This document shows positions 38,293 to 49,467 of a stretch of 64,000 nt of DNA, piece after piece. Source of the DNA: an uncultured Myxococcales bacterium (GTDB taxonomy: Bacteria > Desulfobacterota > Binatia > UBA1149 > CAITLU01). The position numbers and the translations under genes are program-made. A model generated the notes under the pieces. The model was not told the origin of the DNA. It worked only from the letters and a program-made list of their open reading frames with translations, and ran no database searches. The stretch covers positions 17,025 to 81,024 of the forward strand of contig CAYYZO010000004.1 of NCBI GenBank assembly GCA_964476185.1, read 5' to 3'. Positions within the stretch are counted from its first letter, which is position 1. Every line of letters begins with the position of its first letter.

Positions 38293-39033
38293 TCAGCGCG
38301 TGATCGTCAGCAGCCGCGAGGGAAGGATCTTCAGCAGCTGCGCGAGCGGCGTCCACGGCATCCGCGGCACGTACGCGAAGCCGGCCCCGCTTTCGATCAG
38401 CGACACCATCGCCTCGCTGCCCTTTTCCGCCGACACGACGAAGGGCCGGCTCGGCATGTGGCGGTTGATGTCGGTGTCGATGAAGCCCGGCGCGAGGTCG
38501 GTGACGCGAATCGCCGTGCCCGCGACCTCGGCGCGCAGCGCCTCGAGATAGCGCGCGAGCCCGGATTTGCTGGCCGAATAGGCGCCCTGCATCGGCAGGC
38601 CGCGAACCGCCGCCACGGAGGTCACCGCCACGACGTGACCGCGTCCCTGGCGGAGGAACAGCGCGACGGCGGCGTCGATGGTCGCCATCGCGCCGAGCAG
38701 GTTCGTCTCGATCACGCCGCGGTGCTTGTCGAACGCGCCGTGCCCGATCGCCGCGGCGCCGCCGATGCCGGAGTTCGCGACGACGACGTCGAGCCCGCCG
38801 AGTTCCTGCGCCGCCTCCTCGATCGCGACCGGAACGGACGCGTAGTCGGTCACGTCGAGCCGGCGCACGACGACCTTCGAGGCTCCGGCCCGATCCAGCT
38901 CGGGCGCCAGCGTCTCGAGCCGGTCGACTCGCCGCGCGGTCAACGCGAGCGCATAGCCCCGGCGCGCGAACGCGCGCGCCATGCCTTCCCCGAGCCCGCC
39001 CGAGGCGCCGGTCAGGAACACGGATTTCGTCAT
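38293..39033 (-). CDS. Short-chain dehydrogenase/reductase
   Basis: TGASGGLG, NSG, YSASK. Confidence 0.92.
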   Translation of the reverse strand: MTKSVFLTGASGGLGEGMARAFARRGYALALTARRVDRLETLAPELDRAGASKVVVRRLDVTDYASVPVAIEEAAQELGGLDVVVANSGIGGAAAIGHGAFDKHRGVIETNLLGAMATIDAAVALFLRQGRGHVVAVTSVAAVRGLPMQGAYSASKSGLARYLEALRAEVAGTAIRVTDLAPGFIDTDINRHMPSRPFVVSAEKGSEAMVSLIESGAGFAYVPRMPWTPLAQLLKILPSRLLTITR

Positions 39034-39068
39034 CGCAACCTCCCGGTTCGATCGCGCGCAGTCGCCTG

Positions 39069-39863
39069 TCAGCGCAGGAAATAAACCACGGACAGGGCCA
39101 AGCCGAGCCCGACCATCACGCGACGCAGCGCCGCGGAGTTGGCGCGCGCGGCTAGCCGCCCGCCGATCGCGCCGCCGGCGATCGCGCCGACCGCCATCGC
39201 GCCCGCGGCGACCCAGTGCACCTGGTCGGAGAACAGGAAGAACACCGCGGCGGCGACGTTCGTCGCGAGCGCGACGACCTGCTTCAGCGCGTTCAGGCGC
39301 GGTAGCGGCTCGTCGAGCACGATTCCCAGAGCGGCGAGCAGCACGACGCCGAGCCCGGCCCCGAAGTAGCCGCCGTAGACGGCCGCGGCCCCGACGACGA
39401 ACGGGGCGACGTGCGCGTGACCGCGGCCGGTGCCGCGGCGTCGCTCCCGCTCGACCAGGAAGCTTCGGACGCGGTCCTGCGCCGCGAGCAGCAGCGACGA
39501 CAGCAGCAGCAGGAGCGGGACGATGTCGCGGAACGTGCGCTCGCCGGTGTTCAGCAGCAGCAGGCCTCCCGCGAGGCCGCCGGCGACGCCGGCCGGCACG
39601 AGGACGCCGAGGATGCGCCGCTGGCCCGCGAGGCCCGTCGCCTGTGCCCAGGTCGCGCCGAAGTGCCCGGGGCAGAGCGCGATCGTGTTCGTGACGTTCG
39701 CCGCGAGCGCCGGCAGGCCGACGGCTGTGAGGACGGGGAAGGTGAGCAGCGTGCCGCCGCCCGCGAGCGCGTTGACGACGCCGGCGCCGACCGCGGCGGC
39801 GGCGACCACGCAGAGTTCGAGCGGCCCGAGCGCAACGGAAGAAACGGCGAGCACGGGGGTCAC
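39069..39863 (-). CDS. TauE/SafE sulfite-exporter family membrane protein
   Basis: AGVVNALAGGGTLLTFP, ANVTN, YGGYFGAGLG, NALK. Confidence 0.88.
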   Translation of the reverse strand: MTPVLAVSSVALGPLELCVVAAAAVGAGVVNALAGGGTLLTFPVLTAVGLPALAANVTNTIALCPGHFGATWAQATGLAGQRRILGVLVPAGVAGGLAGGLLLLNTGERTFRDIVPLLLLLSSLLLAAQDRVRSFLVERERRRGTGRGHAHVAPFVVGAAAVYGGYFGAGLGVVLLAALGIVLDEPLPRLNALKQVVALATNVAAAVFFLFSDQVHWVAAGAMAVGAIAGGAIGGRLAARANSAALRRVMVGLGLALSVVYFLR

Positions 39864-40573
39864 CCGTTCCCGGCGGGCTGGGAGTGGCGCGCGAGTCGCT
39901 CGGCGACGACGCTGTAGACTTCCGGGCAGAAGCCGAGGCCGACGTGGGTGGTCTTCACTTCCACGTGCTCGATTCCCGGGCTGCGGCGGTCGATGCAGGC
40001 CTCCCACGCGACGACGCCGTCGCCGCGGCTGAAGATCGCGGTGACGGGCACGGCCAGCGGGCGGTCGTAGCGGGCGTCGACGATGCGTTCGATCTCGTCG
40101 AGGTCGATGCCCTGCCGCCGGTAGCGTTCCGCGACGGTCGTGTACTTCGGGCCTCCGACCACCGGGCTGCCGAGGGTGACGACGCTGCGGACGAGGTCGG
40201 GCCGCTCGCGGGCCGCCTCGCGCGCGATGTAGCCGCCGAGGCTCCAGCCGACGAGGTGCAGCGGCTCGCCCGACGTTGCGGCGAGTTCGTCCATGCGCCC
40301 GAGCACGCGGGGCAGGATGCGGCCGACGTCGCCGAGGTTCCGCCCGATCCCCCAGCCCGCGGTGCGATAGCCGAGCAACTGCAGGAAGCCCTGCAGCACG
40401 AACATCGACGCCTCGTTGGCCCCGTACCCGGGCAGGGTCAGCACGAGTTCGCCGCGGCCGCGCGGCAGACGGGCGAGCATCGGCGCGCGCAGCAGCAGGC
40501 GCGCGGGTTCGAAGGCGCCGCGCACCTCGCCGAGCAGCAGGCGGGTCGGGGGAGGGGAAATGTTGCGAGTCAC
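39860..40573 (-). CDS. Alpha/beta hydrolase (lipase/esterase-like)
   Basis: LPGYG, GWSLGG nucleophile elbow, SRGDGVV, HVGL. Confidence 0.88.
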   Translation of the reverse strand: MTRNISPPPTRLLLGEVRGAFEPARLLLRAPMLARLPRGRGELVLTLPGYGANEASMFVLQGFLQLLGYRTAGWGIGRNLGDVGRILPRVLGRMDELAATSGEPLHLVGWSLGGYIAREAARERPDLVRSVVTLGSPVVGGPKYTTVAERYRRQGIDLDEIERIVDARYDRPLAVPVTAIFSRGDGVVAWEACIDRRSPGIEHVEVKTTHVGLGFCPEVYSVVAERLARHSQPAGNG

Positions 40574-40716
40574 GAGCCGGACACGCTAGCCGATGCACCG
40601 CAGCCGGCCAAGGCGCGGGGCGGCGAGTCGTCTCGCCCCGCGCGCGACGCCGGGCGGCCCTGCCTTTGCTTTGTCGCAGCGGGTCGTCGTCTCGTCGAGC
40701 GGCCCGCGAGCGAAGG

Positions 40717-41322
40717 TCACGCGGGGGCTGCAGGCGAGCGCCGCGCCCATTCGAGTGCGGCCTCGAGGCGATCGTTGCCCCAGAACAGCTCGCCTTCGGC
40801 CACGAGGCTCGGCGCTCCGAAGATGCCGAGCGCCGTCGCTTCCTCTGTGCGCGCGCGCAGCCTGGCCTTCGCTTCTTCGTCGGAAGCCTGCTCGAGCAGC
40901 GAGGCGCTCCCGCCGACCGACTCGAGCAGCGAGGCCACGACATCCGGTTCCGCGATCTCGCGATCCTCGGCGAAGTTCGCGTGGTAGACGGCGCGCACGA
41001 ACGCGCCTGTCCACGGTTCGTCGTCGAAGCGGGCGACCACGCGCGCCGCCAGCAGCCCGTTCCTCGGGAAGCGGGAAGGCCGTCGCAGCGCGATGCCCTG
41101 CGCCGCGCAGATCCGTTCCATGTCGCGCCACATGTACCGGCCCTTGGCGGGATAGAGGTTGAACGGCGAGTCGTTCCAGCCCTGCGCCCTGAAGATCGGG
41201 CCGAGAAGGAACGGACGCCAGCGAAGCGTGACGCCGCGGGTGCGCGCCTCGTCCTCGACACGCATCGCCGCCGGATACGAATAGGTGCTCCCGAACTCGA
41301 ACCAGAAATCGACGAAGGGCAT
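40717..41322 (-). CDS. 2-hydroxychromene-2-carboxylate isomerase/DsbA (GST-kappa) family
   Basis: VDFWFEFGSTYSY, WRPFLLGPIF, GIFGAPS, FWGNDRL. Confidence 0.88.
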   Translation of the reverse strand: MPFVDFWFEFGSTYSYPAAMRVEDEARTRGVTLRWRPFLLGPIFRAQGWNDSPFNLYPAKGRYMWRDMERICAAQGIALRRPSRFPRNGLLAARVVARFDDEPWTGAFVRAVYHANFAEDREIAEPDVVASLLESVGGSASLLEQASDEEAKARLRARTEEATALGIFGAPSLVAEGELFWGNDRLEAALEWARRSPAAPA

Positions 41323-41441
41323 GGCCACCTCCCGCGCGACGACGTGGCGCTGCGCACGCCATGCCACGGGGAGGGACGAGGTACCAGCCCGCACGCGGCG
41401 CGGGGAAGGAGCGCGTCGCGGCTCGACGGGACGATTCGCCG

Positions 41442-41879
41442 TCAGGCCTCGTCCCAGCGGTCGTGGCGCCGGCGGCGCTCCAGGCGGTAGTTCGTGACCT
41501 CGAGGCGAATGCCGTCCGGGTCCGTGAAGAAGATCGCGTAGTAATCCGGCGCGTACTCCGGGTAGAGCCGGGGAGGCGTCACGTCGATCCCGGCCTCGCC
41601 GAGCTCGCGGGCGACGCGGTCGACGTCGGCAGCGTCCTCGACGCGCAGGCAGAAGTGGTGGAGGCCCGGCGCGTAGGCGTCGTGCGCCCGGTCGCTGCGC
41701 GCCGGGCGCAGCACGAACCCGAAGTGGCGGTTGTGGTACGAGGCGTGCTCGTCGCCGTCGATCGCGAAGGTCCCGCTGCGGAAGCCGAGTATCCGCATCG
41801 CAACGTCGTAGAAGCGGCGCGACACGTCGAGGTCCCGCACGGCCAGGTAGATGTGGTCGATCCCGATCACTTCGCTCAT
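41442..41879 (-). CDS. VOC/glyoxalase family protein
   Basis: GIDHIYLAVRDL..SRRFY, GLHHFCLRV, YYAIFFTDPDGIRLE. Confidence 0.9.
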   Translation of the reverse strand: MSEVIGIDHIYLAVRDLDVSRRFYDVAMRILGFRSGTFAIDGDEHASYHNRHFGFVLRPARSDRAHDAYAPGLHHFCLRVEDAADVDRVARELGEAGIDVTPPRLYPEYAPDYYAIFFTDPDGIRLEVTNYRLERRRRHDRWDEA

Positions 41880-42481
41880 GTCCGCCTCAGCACGATCGTC
41901 TGGTTGTTCGCCGGCATCTCGACCCTTTCCTCGAAGGCGAGGCCTTCGTGCTCGGCGGCGTCGAGGACCTCGTCCAGGTCCCGCACGCCCCAGCGTGGAT
42001 CGCGCGCGCGAAGGTCGCGGTCGAACGCTTCGTTGCTCGGTGCGGTGTGGCGGGCCTGCAGCCGGTAGGGGCCGTACAGGACGAGCGGCGCACCGTGGGC
42101 GAGGTGACGTCCCGCGCCGGCGAGCAGGCCGAGGCACGCGCTCCACGGGGCGATGTGGATCATGTTCGCGCAGAACAGCGCGTCGACCGTGCCGATGGGC
42201 CAACGTGGCGAGGTCACGTCGAGGAGCATCGGGGCGAGCAGGTTCGGCGGTCCCTGTTCTTCGCGCCAGGCCGCGATCGATTCCACGGCATCGGGGTCGG
42301 CGTCCGTGGCGAGCCACGAGACCCGCTCGAGCGCGGACGAGAAGTGGAGCGCGTGCTCCCCGGTGCCGGCGGCGATTTCGAGGACCGTGCCCTCGGCCGG
42401 AAGCACGCGGCGGAGCACCGCGAGGATCGGATCGCGATTGCGCAGGGTGGCGGGGGCGTGACGTCTTCGGTGCGTGGTCAT
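41876..42481 (-). CDS. DUF938 SAM-dependent methyltransferase
   Basis: APATLRNRDPIL, VLEIAAGTGEH, NMIHI, LYGPY, SNEAFD, MPANN. Confidence 0.9.
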   Translation of the reverse strand: MTTHRRRHAPATLRNRDPILAVLRRVLPAEGTVLEIAAGTGEHALHFSSALERVSWLATDADPDAVESIAAWREEQGPPNLLAPMLLDVTSPRWPIGTVDALFCANMIHIAPWSACLGLLAGAGRHLAHGAPLVLYGPYRLQARHTAPSNEAFDRDLRARDPRWGVRDLDEVLDAAEHEGLAFEERVEMPANNQTIVLRRT

Positions 42482-42600
42482 GGGACGGTGCGCGCGCGGC
42501 TCCGCACTCCATGCCGAGGGCGGCGCCTGCGCACAAGCCCGCGCCCGTCGGGGCGGGGAAGTTCGCCGCTCGCGGGTCCGTCGTGTAGATTCGCGCGGCC

Positions 42601-43389
42601 ATGGGCACCTCGCGGGGGACATCGCGCCGGCTGTCGACTGAGCCCGCCGCCGGTCCGTCAGCTGGCGAAGAGGGACAACTGCGCATGCGCGACCTGGTGA
42701 GTCGCACCGGGCTGCCCCGCGAAACGATCCACTTCTATCTTGCCCAGGGCCTGCTGCCGAAGCCGCTCAAGACCGGCCGCAACACGGCGGTCTACGGACC
42801 GGAGCATCTCGACCGTCTCCAGCGGATCAAGGACCTCCAGGAGCGGCACTTCCTTCCGCTGCGGGCCATCAAGGCGGTGCTCGAGGAAAGCGCGAGCGGC
42901 GAGTTCAGCGAGGAGCAGCAGGCGATGCTGCGACGGGTGCGCGCGTCGCTGCCGTCGTCCGGCGCGTCGGCCACCACGAGCGACGTGCCGTTGTCCGCGC
43001 TGGTGCCCGCGCGGGTCTCCAGCGGCGAGGTCGAAGCGCTCCGCCGTCTCGGGCTGGTCAGTGTCCGTGGCCGCGGGGAGGACGCGACGGTGTCGGCCGA
43101 CGACGCGCAGATCCTCGAATGCTGGGGGGAGGTGGGGTCGCTGTTCCGCCAGGGCGAGGAACGCGTTTCGCCGGACGTTCTCAGCATCTACGACGATGCG
43201 ATGGCTGCCCTCGTCGACCGCGAGGCCCGCGTGATCACGAGGCGCTACACGCATCTGCCCGGCGATCGCGCGGCGCAGCTCATCGCGGAGGGCGAACCGG
43301 TCGTGCTGCGGATGCTCGCGGCGCTGAGGCGCAAGAAGATCGCGGCCCTGCTCGAAGGCGCGGCCGGCGCCCGACCCCGGAAGAACTGA
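42601..43389 (+). CDS. MerR-family transcriptional regulator
   Basis: LRMRDLVSRTGLPRETIHFYLAQGLLP...YGPEHLDRLQRI...LPLRAI; true start may be nearer 42685. Confidence 0.88.
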   Translation: MGTSRGTSRRLSTEPAAGPSAGEEGQLRMRDLVSRTGLPRETIHFYLAQGLLPKPLKTGRNTAVYGPEHLDRLQRIKDLQERHFLPLRAIKAVLEESASGEFSEEQQAMLRRVRASLPSSGASATTSDVPLSALVPARVSSGEVEALRRLGLVSVRGRGEDATVSADDAQILECWGEVGSLFRQGEERVSPDVLSIYDDAMAALVDREARVITRRYTHLPGDRAAQLIAEGEPVVLRMLAALRRKKIAALLEGAAGARPRKN

Positions 43390-43447
43390 ACGGAGGGCAG
43401 GAGTCCCGGTCCGGGGGCCCCGCGAGCGGCGGCGCCGCCGATCCGGC

Positions 43448-43484
43448 TTGACAACCCAAAGTGCGTAGTGCTACTAGGCACTAT
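43448..43484 (+). promoter_or_regulatory. Sigma70-type promoter with overlapping palindromic operator
   Basis: Perfect TTGACA at 43448; TAGTGC-TACTAG-GCACTA inverted repeat at 43466-43483. Confidence 0.6.
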
Positions 43485-43506
43485 CCGTTCTTGCCGGGAG
43501 CCGACC

Positions 43507-44616
43507 ATGGGACTCGCGATCTCTTCCTTCGCCCGATCGATCTTCTCGCCGGCCGCTGCCGCCCCGCAGCGGCGCGCGCCGAGCCGCCGCTGGGCCCGCG
43601 GCGCCGCCCGGCCCGAGATGCTGCGCCTCGTCGTCGCCGAGGTGATCGTCGAGTCGCCGAGCACGCGGACCTTCGTGTTCGAGGACCGCGACCTGCGCTA
43701 CCGCGCGGGACAGCACCTGACGGTCGTGGCCGGGATCGGAGGCCGCACGGTCCGCCGCTGCTACTCGTTCTCGAGCTCGCCGTCGGCGGGCTCGCGTCCG
43801 GCGATCACCGTGAAGAGGATCGATGGCGGGACGATGTCCGGCTGGCTGCACGACAACCTCCGCGCCGGCGACGAACTGCGCGCGATGCCGCCGGCCGGCG
43901 AGTTCTCGATCGAGCCGGACCCGTCGCGCTCGCGGCGCGTCGGGATGATCGCCGGAGGCGTGGGCATCACCCCGCTGCTCAGCATGGCGGAGACGCTGCT
44001 GCGCGAGGAACCCGGCACGCAGGTCACGATGCTGTACGGCAGCCGCTGCCGCGACGAAGTGATCTTCCACGACCGGCTTCTCGCGCTCTCGCGCGAGTTC
44101 GGCGGACGCCTGGTCCTCGAACTCGTCGTGGAACTGGGCGACACGTCGTGGGACGGCCTCGTCGGACGCGTCGACGGCGACGCCGTTTCGCGGGTGGCCG
44201 GGACGCACGAAGCGGACGATTGGTACGTCTGCGGACCGCAGCCGATGATGGACGGGGCCGTCGCGGCACTGGCGCAGGCTGGTGTCGCGCCCGAGCGCGT
44301 CCGCGTCGAGCGCTTCGAGTACGCCGTGCCGTCCTCGGCGGACATCCCGACCTCTCCGGCCGCGCTGGTCTTCCAGCACAGCGGGAAGAAGGTCATCGCC
44401 CGCGCGGGTTCGACGATCCTCGAAGCGGCCGAGCAGGCCGGCGTCGCGCTCCCGTCGAGTTGCCGCATGGGCGGCTGCGGCGCCTGCAAGGTGAAGGTGG
44501 AGGGCAAGGTCGTCGCGGCCGAGCCGAACTGCCTGAGCGAGCGCGAACGGTCGGAAGGCTGGGCGCTCGCGTGCTGTTCGTACGGCGACGGGCGCGTCGT
44601 CGTGCGCGATTTCTGA
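43507..44616 (+). CDS. FAD/NAD(P)H ferredoxin reductase with C-terminal 2Fe-2S domain (PaaE/KshB-type)
   Basis: RCYSFSS, IAGGVGITP, YVCGP, ERF, SSCRMGGCGAC...LACC. Confidence 0.93.
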   Translation: MGLAISSFARSIFSPAAAAPQRRAPSRRWARGAARPEMLRLVVAEVIVESPSTRTFVFEDRDLRYRAGQHLTVVAGIGGRTVRRCYSFSSSPSAGSRPAITVKRIDGGTMSGWLHDNLRAGDELRAMPPAGEFSIEPDPSRSRRVGMIAGGVGITPLLSMAETLLREEPGTQVTMLYGSRCRDEVIFHDRLLALSREFGGRLVLELVVELGDTSWDGLVGRVDGDAVSRVAGTHEADDWYVCGPQPMMDGAVAALAQAGVAPERVRVERFEYAVPSSADIPTSPAALVFQHSGKKVIARAGSTILEAAEQAGVALPSSCRMGGCGACKVKVEGKVVAAEPNCLSERERSEGWALACCSYGDGRVVVRDF

Positions 44617-44671
44617 CCGGCCCGCCGGCCGGACCCGACCGAACACCGAATCCTCCAGGGAGTACCCGACG

Positions 44672-45844
<1,173 letters not shown>

Positions 45845-45917
45845 GCAGCCGGCTGCGTCGCCGGCTCGCCTCGCCCGCAGCGGGGACGGGGGCGCGGCAG
45901 GACGCGCCGAAACGAAG

Positions 45918-45960
45918 AAGGGCCGGCCGGGATCGCTCCCGGCCGGCCCTTTCCTTTTCC
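45918..45960. terminator. Intrinsic terminator, possibly bidirectional
   Basis: AAGGGCCGGCCGGGA-tcgc-TCCCGGCCGGCCCTT followed by TCCTTTTCC. Confidence 0.8.
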
Positions 45961-45989
45961 CGCGCCCCTCGGGCGCGTCGTGCCCGGGG

Positions 45990-46613
45990 TTACGGGCGGT
46001 ACAGGAAGCCGAAGCTGAAGACGACCATGTCGTAGCCGTCGACCTCGCCGAATCCCAGCATGTAGCTGATGTCCGGGGTCAGCACGAGATTGCTGGTGAT
46101 GTACCAGTCGAGCCCGATGCCGAAACGAAGGGCCGGCCCGTCGTCCGTCTTCTTGGTGTTCGCGGCCGCGGAGTTCGTCGTCTCCATGTCGAGGTAGTTC
46201 ATGCCGAGAAGGCCGAACGGCTGCACCGCGCCGAGAGGGTAGTAGCCGCGCGCGTCGAGCCCGACCGCCCAGCCGTTGACCTCGCCGTTCGGCGAGTCGA
46301 ACTCGACGTAGCGCTCGACGCGAAGGTCGCTGGATACCCACTTGTTGAAGCGGTAGCCGACCGTGGCGTTGAAGCCGCCGCTGTCGTCGGTGCTCATCCC
46401 GATCCCGTCGAAGTTCTCGAGCGCGTAGATGCCTCCGAAGCCGAGCAGGGGGCCGGAGCGCGTGGGGTCGTTGCTCTCTTCCTCGATGGTCTCGCGGAGG
46501 GTCTTCTTCGGTTTGGTGGCGAGGTCGCCGAGGTCCTCGTCCTGGGCGTGCGCCGCGGGGGCGGCGACGATCAAAGCGGCGAGGGTAAGGGCAAGCATGC
46601 GTCCGAACTTCAT
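45990..46613 (-). CDS. Outer-membrane beta-barrel protein (OmpA-like 8-strand type)
   Basis: GGAGGAG RBS; signal peptide ending AHA; GYRFN, alternating beta strands, C-terminal FGFLYRP. Confidence 0.8.
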   Translation of the reverse strand: MKFGRMLALTLAALIVAAPAAHAQDEDLGDLATKPKKTLRETIEEESNDPTRSGPLLGFGGIYALENFDGIGMSTDDSGGFNATVGYRFNKWVSSDLRVERYVEFDSPNGEVNGWAVGLDARGYYPLGAVQPFGLLGMNYLDMETTNSAAANTKKTDDGPALRFGIGLDWYITSNLVLTPDISYMLGFGEVDGYDMVVFSFGFLYRP

Positions 46614-46890
46614 TCGGCTCCTCCAGATGTGTTCGCGACGGGGCTTCCCGTCGTGCGGCGGGCTGGTCGCCTGCCGGTTGGCTGTTCGTATGGTCCCGTC
46701 GAATGGCGACCGGGATGCGCTTTCCCTCCGGTCGCCGTTCCTTCGACGACCGCGCAAGCCCGGCTGCTGACGAAGTTTTATCCGACGGACGCACGGGAGT
46801 CACGCCCGGCGCGGGGCGGCCCGGATCGCGGCCTCGATCCGCCGGGGCCCCGCCGGGCGTGCAGGCCCGACCGCCCGCCGCCGGAGCGAC

Positions 46891-49350
46891 TCAGCGCCTC
46901 AGGCGCAGGACGAGGCGGAGCAGTGTCCTGGCCACGGGCGTCAGCCTGGTGCGCATGTACGCGTTCGCGGCGGCCCGGATGCCCTCGGCCTGGGTCGGGT
47001 AGGGATGGATCACGCCGGCGATCCTCGACAAGCCGACTCCGGCGGAGATCGCGAGCGCGACCTCGCCGATCATCTCGCCGGCGTGCGAGGCCACGATCGT
47101 CGCGCCGACGATGCGGTCGCTGCCCTTCCTGGCGTGCACGCGGACGAAGCCGTCGGCCTCGCCGTCGCAGACCGCCCGGTTCACCTTCTCCAGCGGGATC
47201 GTGAACGTGTCGATCTCGACGCCCTTCGCGGCGGCGTCGCGCGTCGAGAGGCCGACGTGCGCGATTTCCGGGTCCGTGTAGGTGCACCAGGGCATCACGA
47301 GGTCGCTCGTGCGCCGCCGGCCGAAGAACAGCGCGTTCTGGACCGCGATCTTCGCCGAGGCGTCGGCCGCGTGCGTGAACTTCCACGGCAGGCAGCAGTC
47401 GCCGACGGCGTACACGCGGGGGTTCGTCGTGCGCAGGCGGTCGTCGACGACGATGCCGTGCTGGCCGGCCTCGATGCCGGCCAGCTCGAGGCCGAGCCCG
47501 GCGACGTTCGGCCGGCGCCCGGTCGCGACGAGGATCTCGTCGCACGGTGTTTCGCCCTCGTCGCGAGGACCCCGATGGACCACCGTCCTGCCTGCCGGGT
47601 CCGGGCGCACGGCGAGCACTTCGGTCCCGGTCAGCACGCGGATCCCGTCGCGCTCGAAGCGCTGCCGCAGGACCGCCGCCGCGTCGGCGTCCTCCCGCTC
47701 GAGCAGGTGCTCGTCCCGGTGCAGCACCGTCACGGTGCAGCCGAACCTCGCCATCGCCTGCGCGAGCTCGCAGCCGATCGGACCGCCGCCGATCACGACC
47801 AGCCGTCGCGGGCGCTCGGTCAGGTTGAAGACGGTCTCGTTCGTCAGGAAGCCGGCGTCGACGAGGCCGGCGATGTCCGGGATCGCCGCGCGCGCGCCGG
47901 TCGCGACGATCGCCCGCTTGAAGCGCAGCGTCCTCCCGCAGGCCTCGACGGCCGACGGCCCGACGAAGCGCGCGCTCCCCTGGAACACGTCGACGCCGAA
48001 CTCGTCGCGGTAGCGCTCGGCCGAATCGTCGCGGCTGATCCCGGCGCGGACTCGGCGAACGTTCTCCATCGCGACGCGGAACTCGCGGTCGAGCGCTTCG
48101 TCGTCGAGGACCGACTGGCCGAGCAGTTCGCGCGTCTCGGCAACGCGGCGGGCATGCCGGATCAGGGCCTTGGAGGGCACGCAGCCGGTGTTCAGGCAGT
48201 CGCCGCCCATCAGGTCCCGCTCGACGAGCGCGACCTTCGCGCCGAGTCCGGCCGCGACGGCCGCCGAGATCAGGCCGCCGCTGCCGGCGCCGACGACGAC
48301 GAGGTCGTAGAGCGCGGCGGGGTCCGGGGTGGTCCACGCGGACGGGCGCACGTTGGCGAGCAGTTGCGAGTTGTGTTCGTCGAGGGGCTCGATCGCGATG
48401 CGCGGCTCGTCGGCAGGCGCGGCGCCGTCCGGGGCCGGTCCCGGCGCGTGCGCCGCCTCCGGCGCCGGGCCCGCGTCGCGGTCCCCGACAATCGCCTCGA
48501 GCACGGCGCGGTCGTCGCGCGTCAGGAACGCGCTCGCCCCGAAGTCCGTGCGCGTGGCGACGTGAAGAGGGAGTCCGTCGCTCGCCCGCTCGAGCGCGCC
48601 GCGGGCGGAAAGCAGCGAAGACGGCCGCGCCTTCGGCGACGTCGCCTCCGCCAGGGCTCGGCGCGCGATGCGCGTGACGACAGCGGTGACCGCGATCGTG
48701 GCGGCGAGCCCGAGCGCCAGCACGCCCCAATAGCCGTAGCCGCGCTCGACCTGGGCCCCGCCGGCGAGCGCCGCGACGTCCCCGGCGAGCTTGCCGTAGT
48801 ACACGTACAGCACCGTGGCCGGCAGCATCCCGACGGACGCGAGGACGTAGTCCGCGAAGCGCACGCGCGTGAGCCCGAGCGCGTAGTTGAGCAGGACGAA
48901 CGGGAACGCGGGCGACAGTCGCAGCAGGAAGACGATGCGTCGCCCCTGCGTCGCGACCGCCTGGTCGATGGCGGCGAATCCCGGGTGGGCGGCCAGGCGT
49001 CGCTCGACGGCTTCGCGCGCGACGTAGCGGGAGATCAGGAACGCGGTCGCGGCGCCGATCGTCGCGGCGCAGAAGACGTAGGCGACTCCGGCCCCGAGGC
49101 CGAAGATCGCGCCGGCCGCGAGCGTCAGCAGCACCGCCGGGACGAACGCGACCACGGCGACCGCGTAGCCCGCGACGAACACGGCCGGGCCGAGCGCGCC
49201 GAGGCCGTCCACCCACGCGGCGAACCGCTCGACGTGGCCGCCCGCCGCGCGGCCGAGCAGCACCAGCCCCGCCACGGCGAGCGCGCCGACCAGCAGCCGG
49301 GCGAGCGAAGCCCGCGACGGTGCGAGGTCCGATCGGGGTACGGTTTCCAT
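46891..49350 (-). CDS. Fusion of TVP38/TMEM64 (DedA/VTT) domain and a pyridine nucleotide-disulfide oxidoreductase
   Basis: N-terminal LRLSPAFPFVLLNYALGLT; C-terminal GAGSGG, GGDCLNTGCVPSK, GGGPIGCE, YTDPE, HPYPTQAE; single ORF. Confidence 0.88.
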   Translation of the reverse strand: METVPRSDLAPSRASLARLLVGALAVAGLVLLGRAAGGHVERFAAWVDGLGALGPAVFVAGYAVAVVAFVPAVLLTLAAGAIFGLGAGVAYVFCAATIGAATAFLISRYVAREAVERRLAAHPGFAAIDQAVATQGRRIVFLLRLSPAFPFVLLNYALGLTRVRFADYVLASVGMLPATVLYVYYGKLAGDVAALAGGAQVERGYGYWGVLALGLAATIAVTAVVTRIARRALAEATSPKARPSSLLSARGALERASDGLPLHVATRTDFGASAFLTRDDRAVLEAIVGDRDAGPAPEAAHAPGPAPDGAAPADEPRIAIEPLDEHNSQLLANVRPSAWTTPDPAALYDLVVVGAGSGGLISAAVAAGLGAKVALVERDLMGGDCLNTGCVPSKALIRHARRVAETRELLGQSVLDDEALDREFRVAMENVRRVRAGISRDDSAERYRDEFGVDVFQGSARFVGPSAVEACGRTLRFKRAIVATGARAAIPDIAGLVDAGFLTNETVFNLTERPRRLVVIGGGPIGCELAQAMARFGCTVTVLHRDEHLLEREDADAAAVLRQRFERDGIRVLTGTEVLAVRPDPAGRTVVHRGPRDEGETPCDEILVATGRRPNVAGLGLELAGIEAGQHGIVVDDRLRTTNPRVYAVGDCCLPWKFTHAADASAKIAVQNALFFGRRRTSDLVMPWCTYTDPEIAHVGLSTRDAAAKGVEIDTFTIPLEKVNRAVCDGEADGFVRVHARKGSDRIVGATIVASHAGEMIGEVALAISAGVGLSRIAGVIHPYPTQAEGIRAAANAYMRTRLTPVARTLLRLVLRLRR

Positions 49351-49467
49351 GGTGTCCGCCGAGTCTAGCCGCACTCCCGCTCCCATGCCCACCCGCGGTG
49401 ACGCGGCGGGAGGGAAGGAGTTACGGTCAGGACGCAGGGAAGGGCGCCGGCGCGAGGCGCCGGGGCG

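Noticed and set aside
46891-48400. Mercuric reductase (merA) call
   Set aside because: No C-terminal Cys-Cys, no NmerA domain and no merT/merP; the nearby MerR proteins are not Hg-type MerR.
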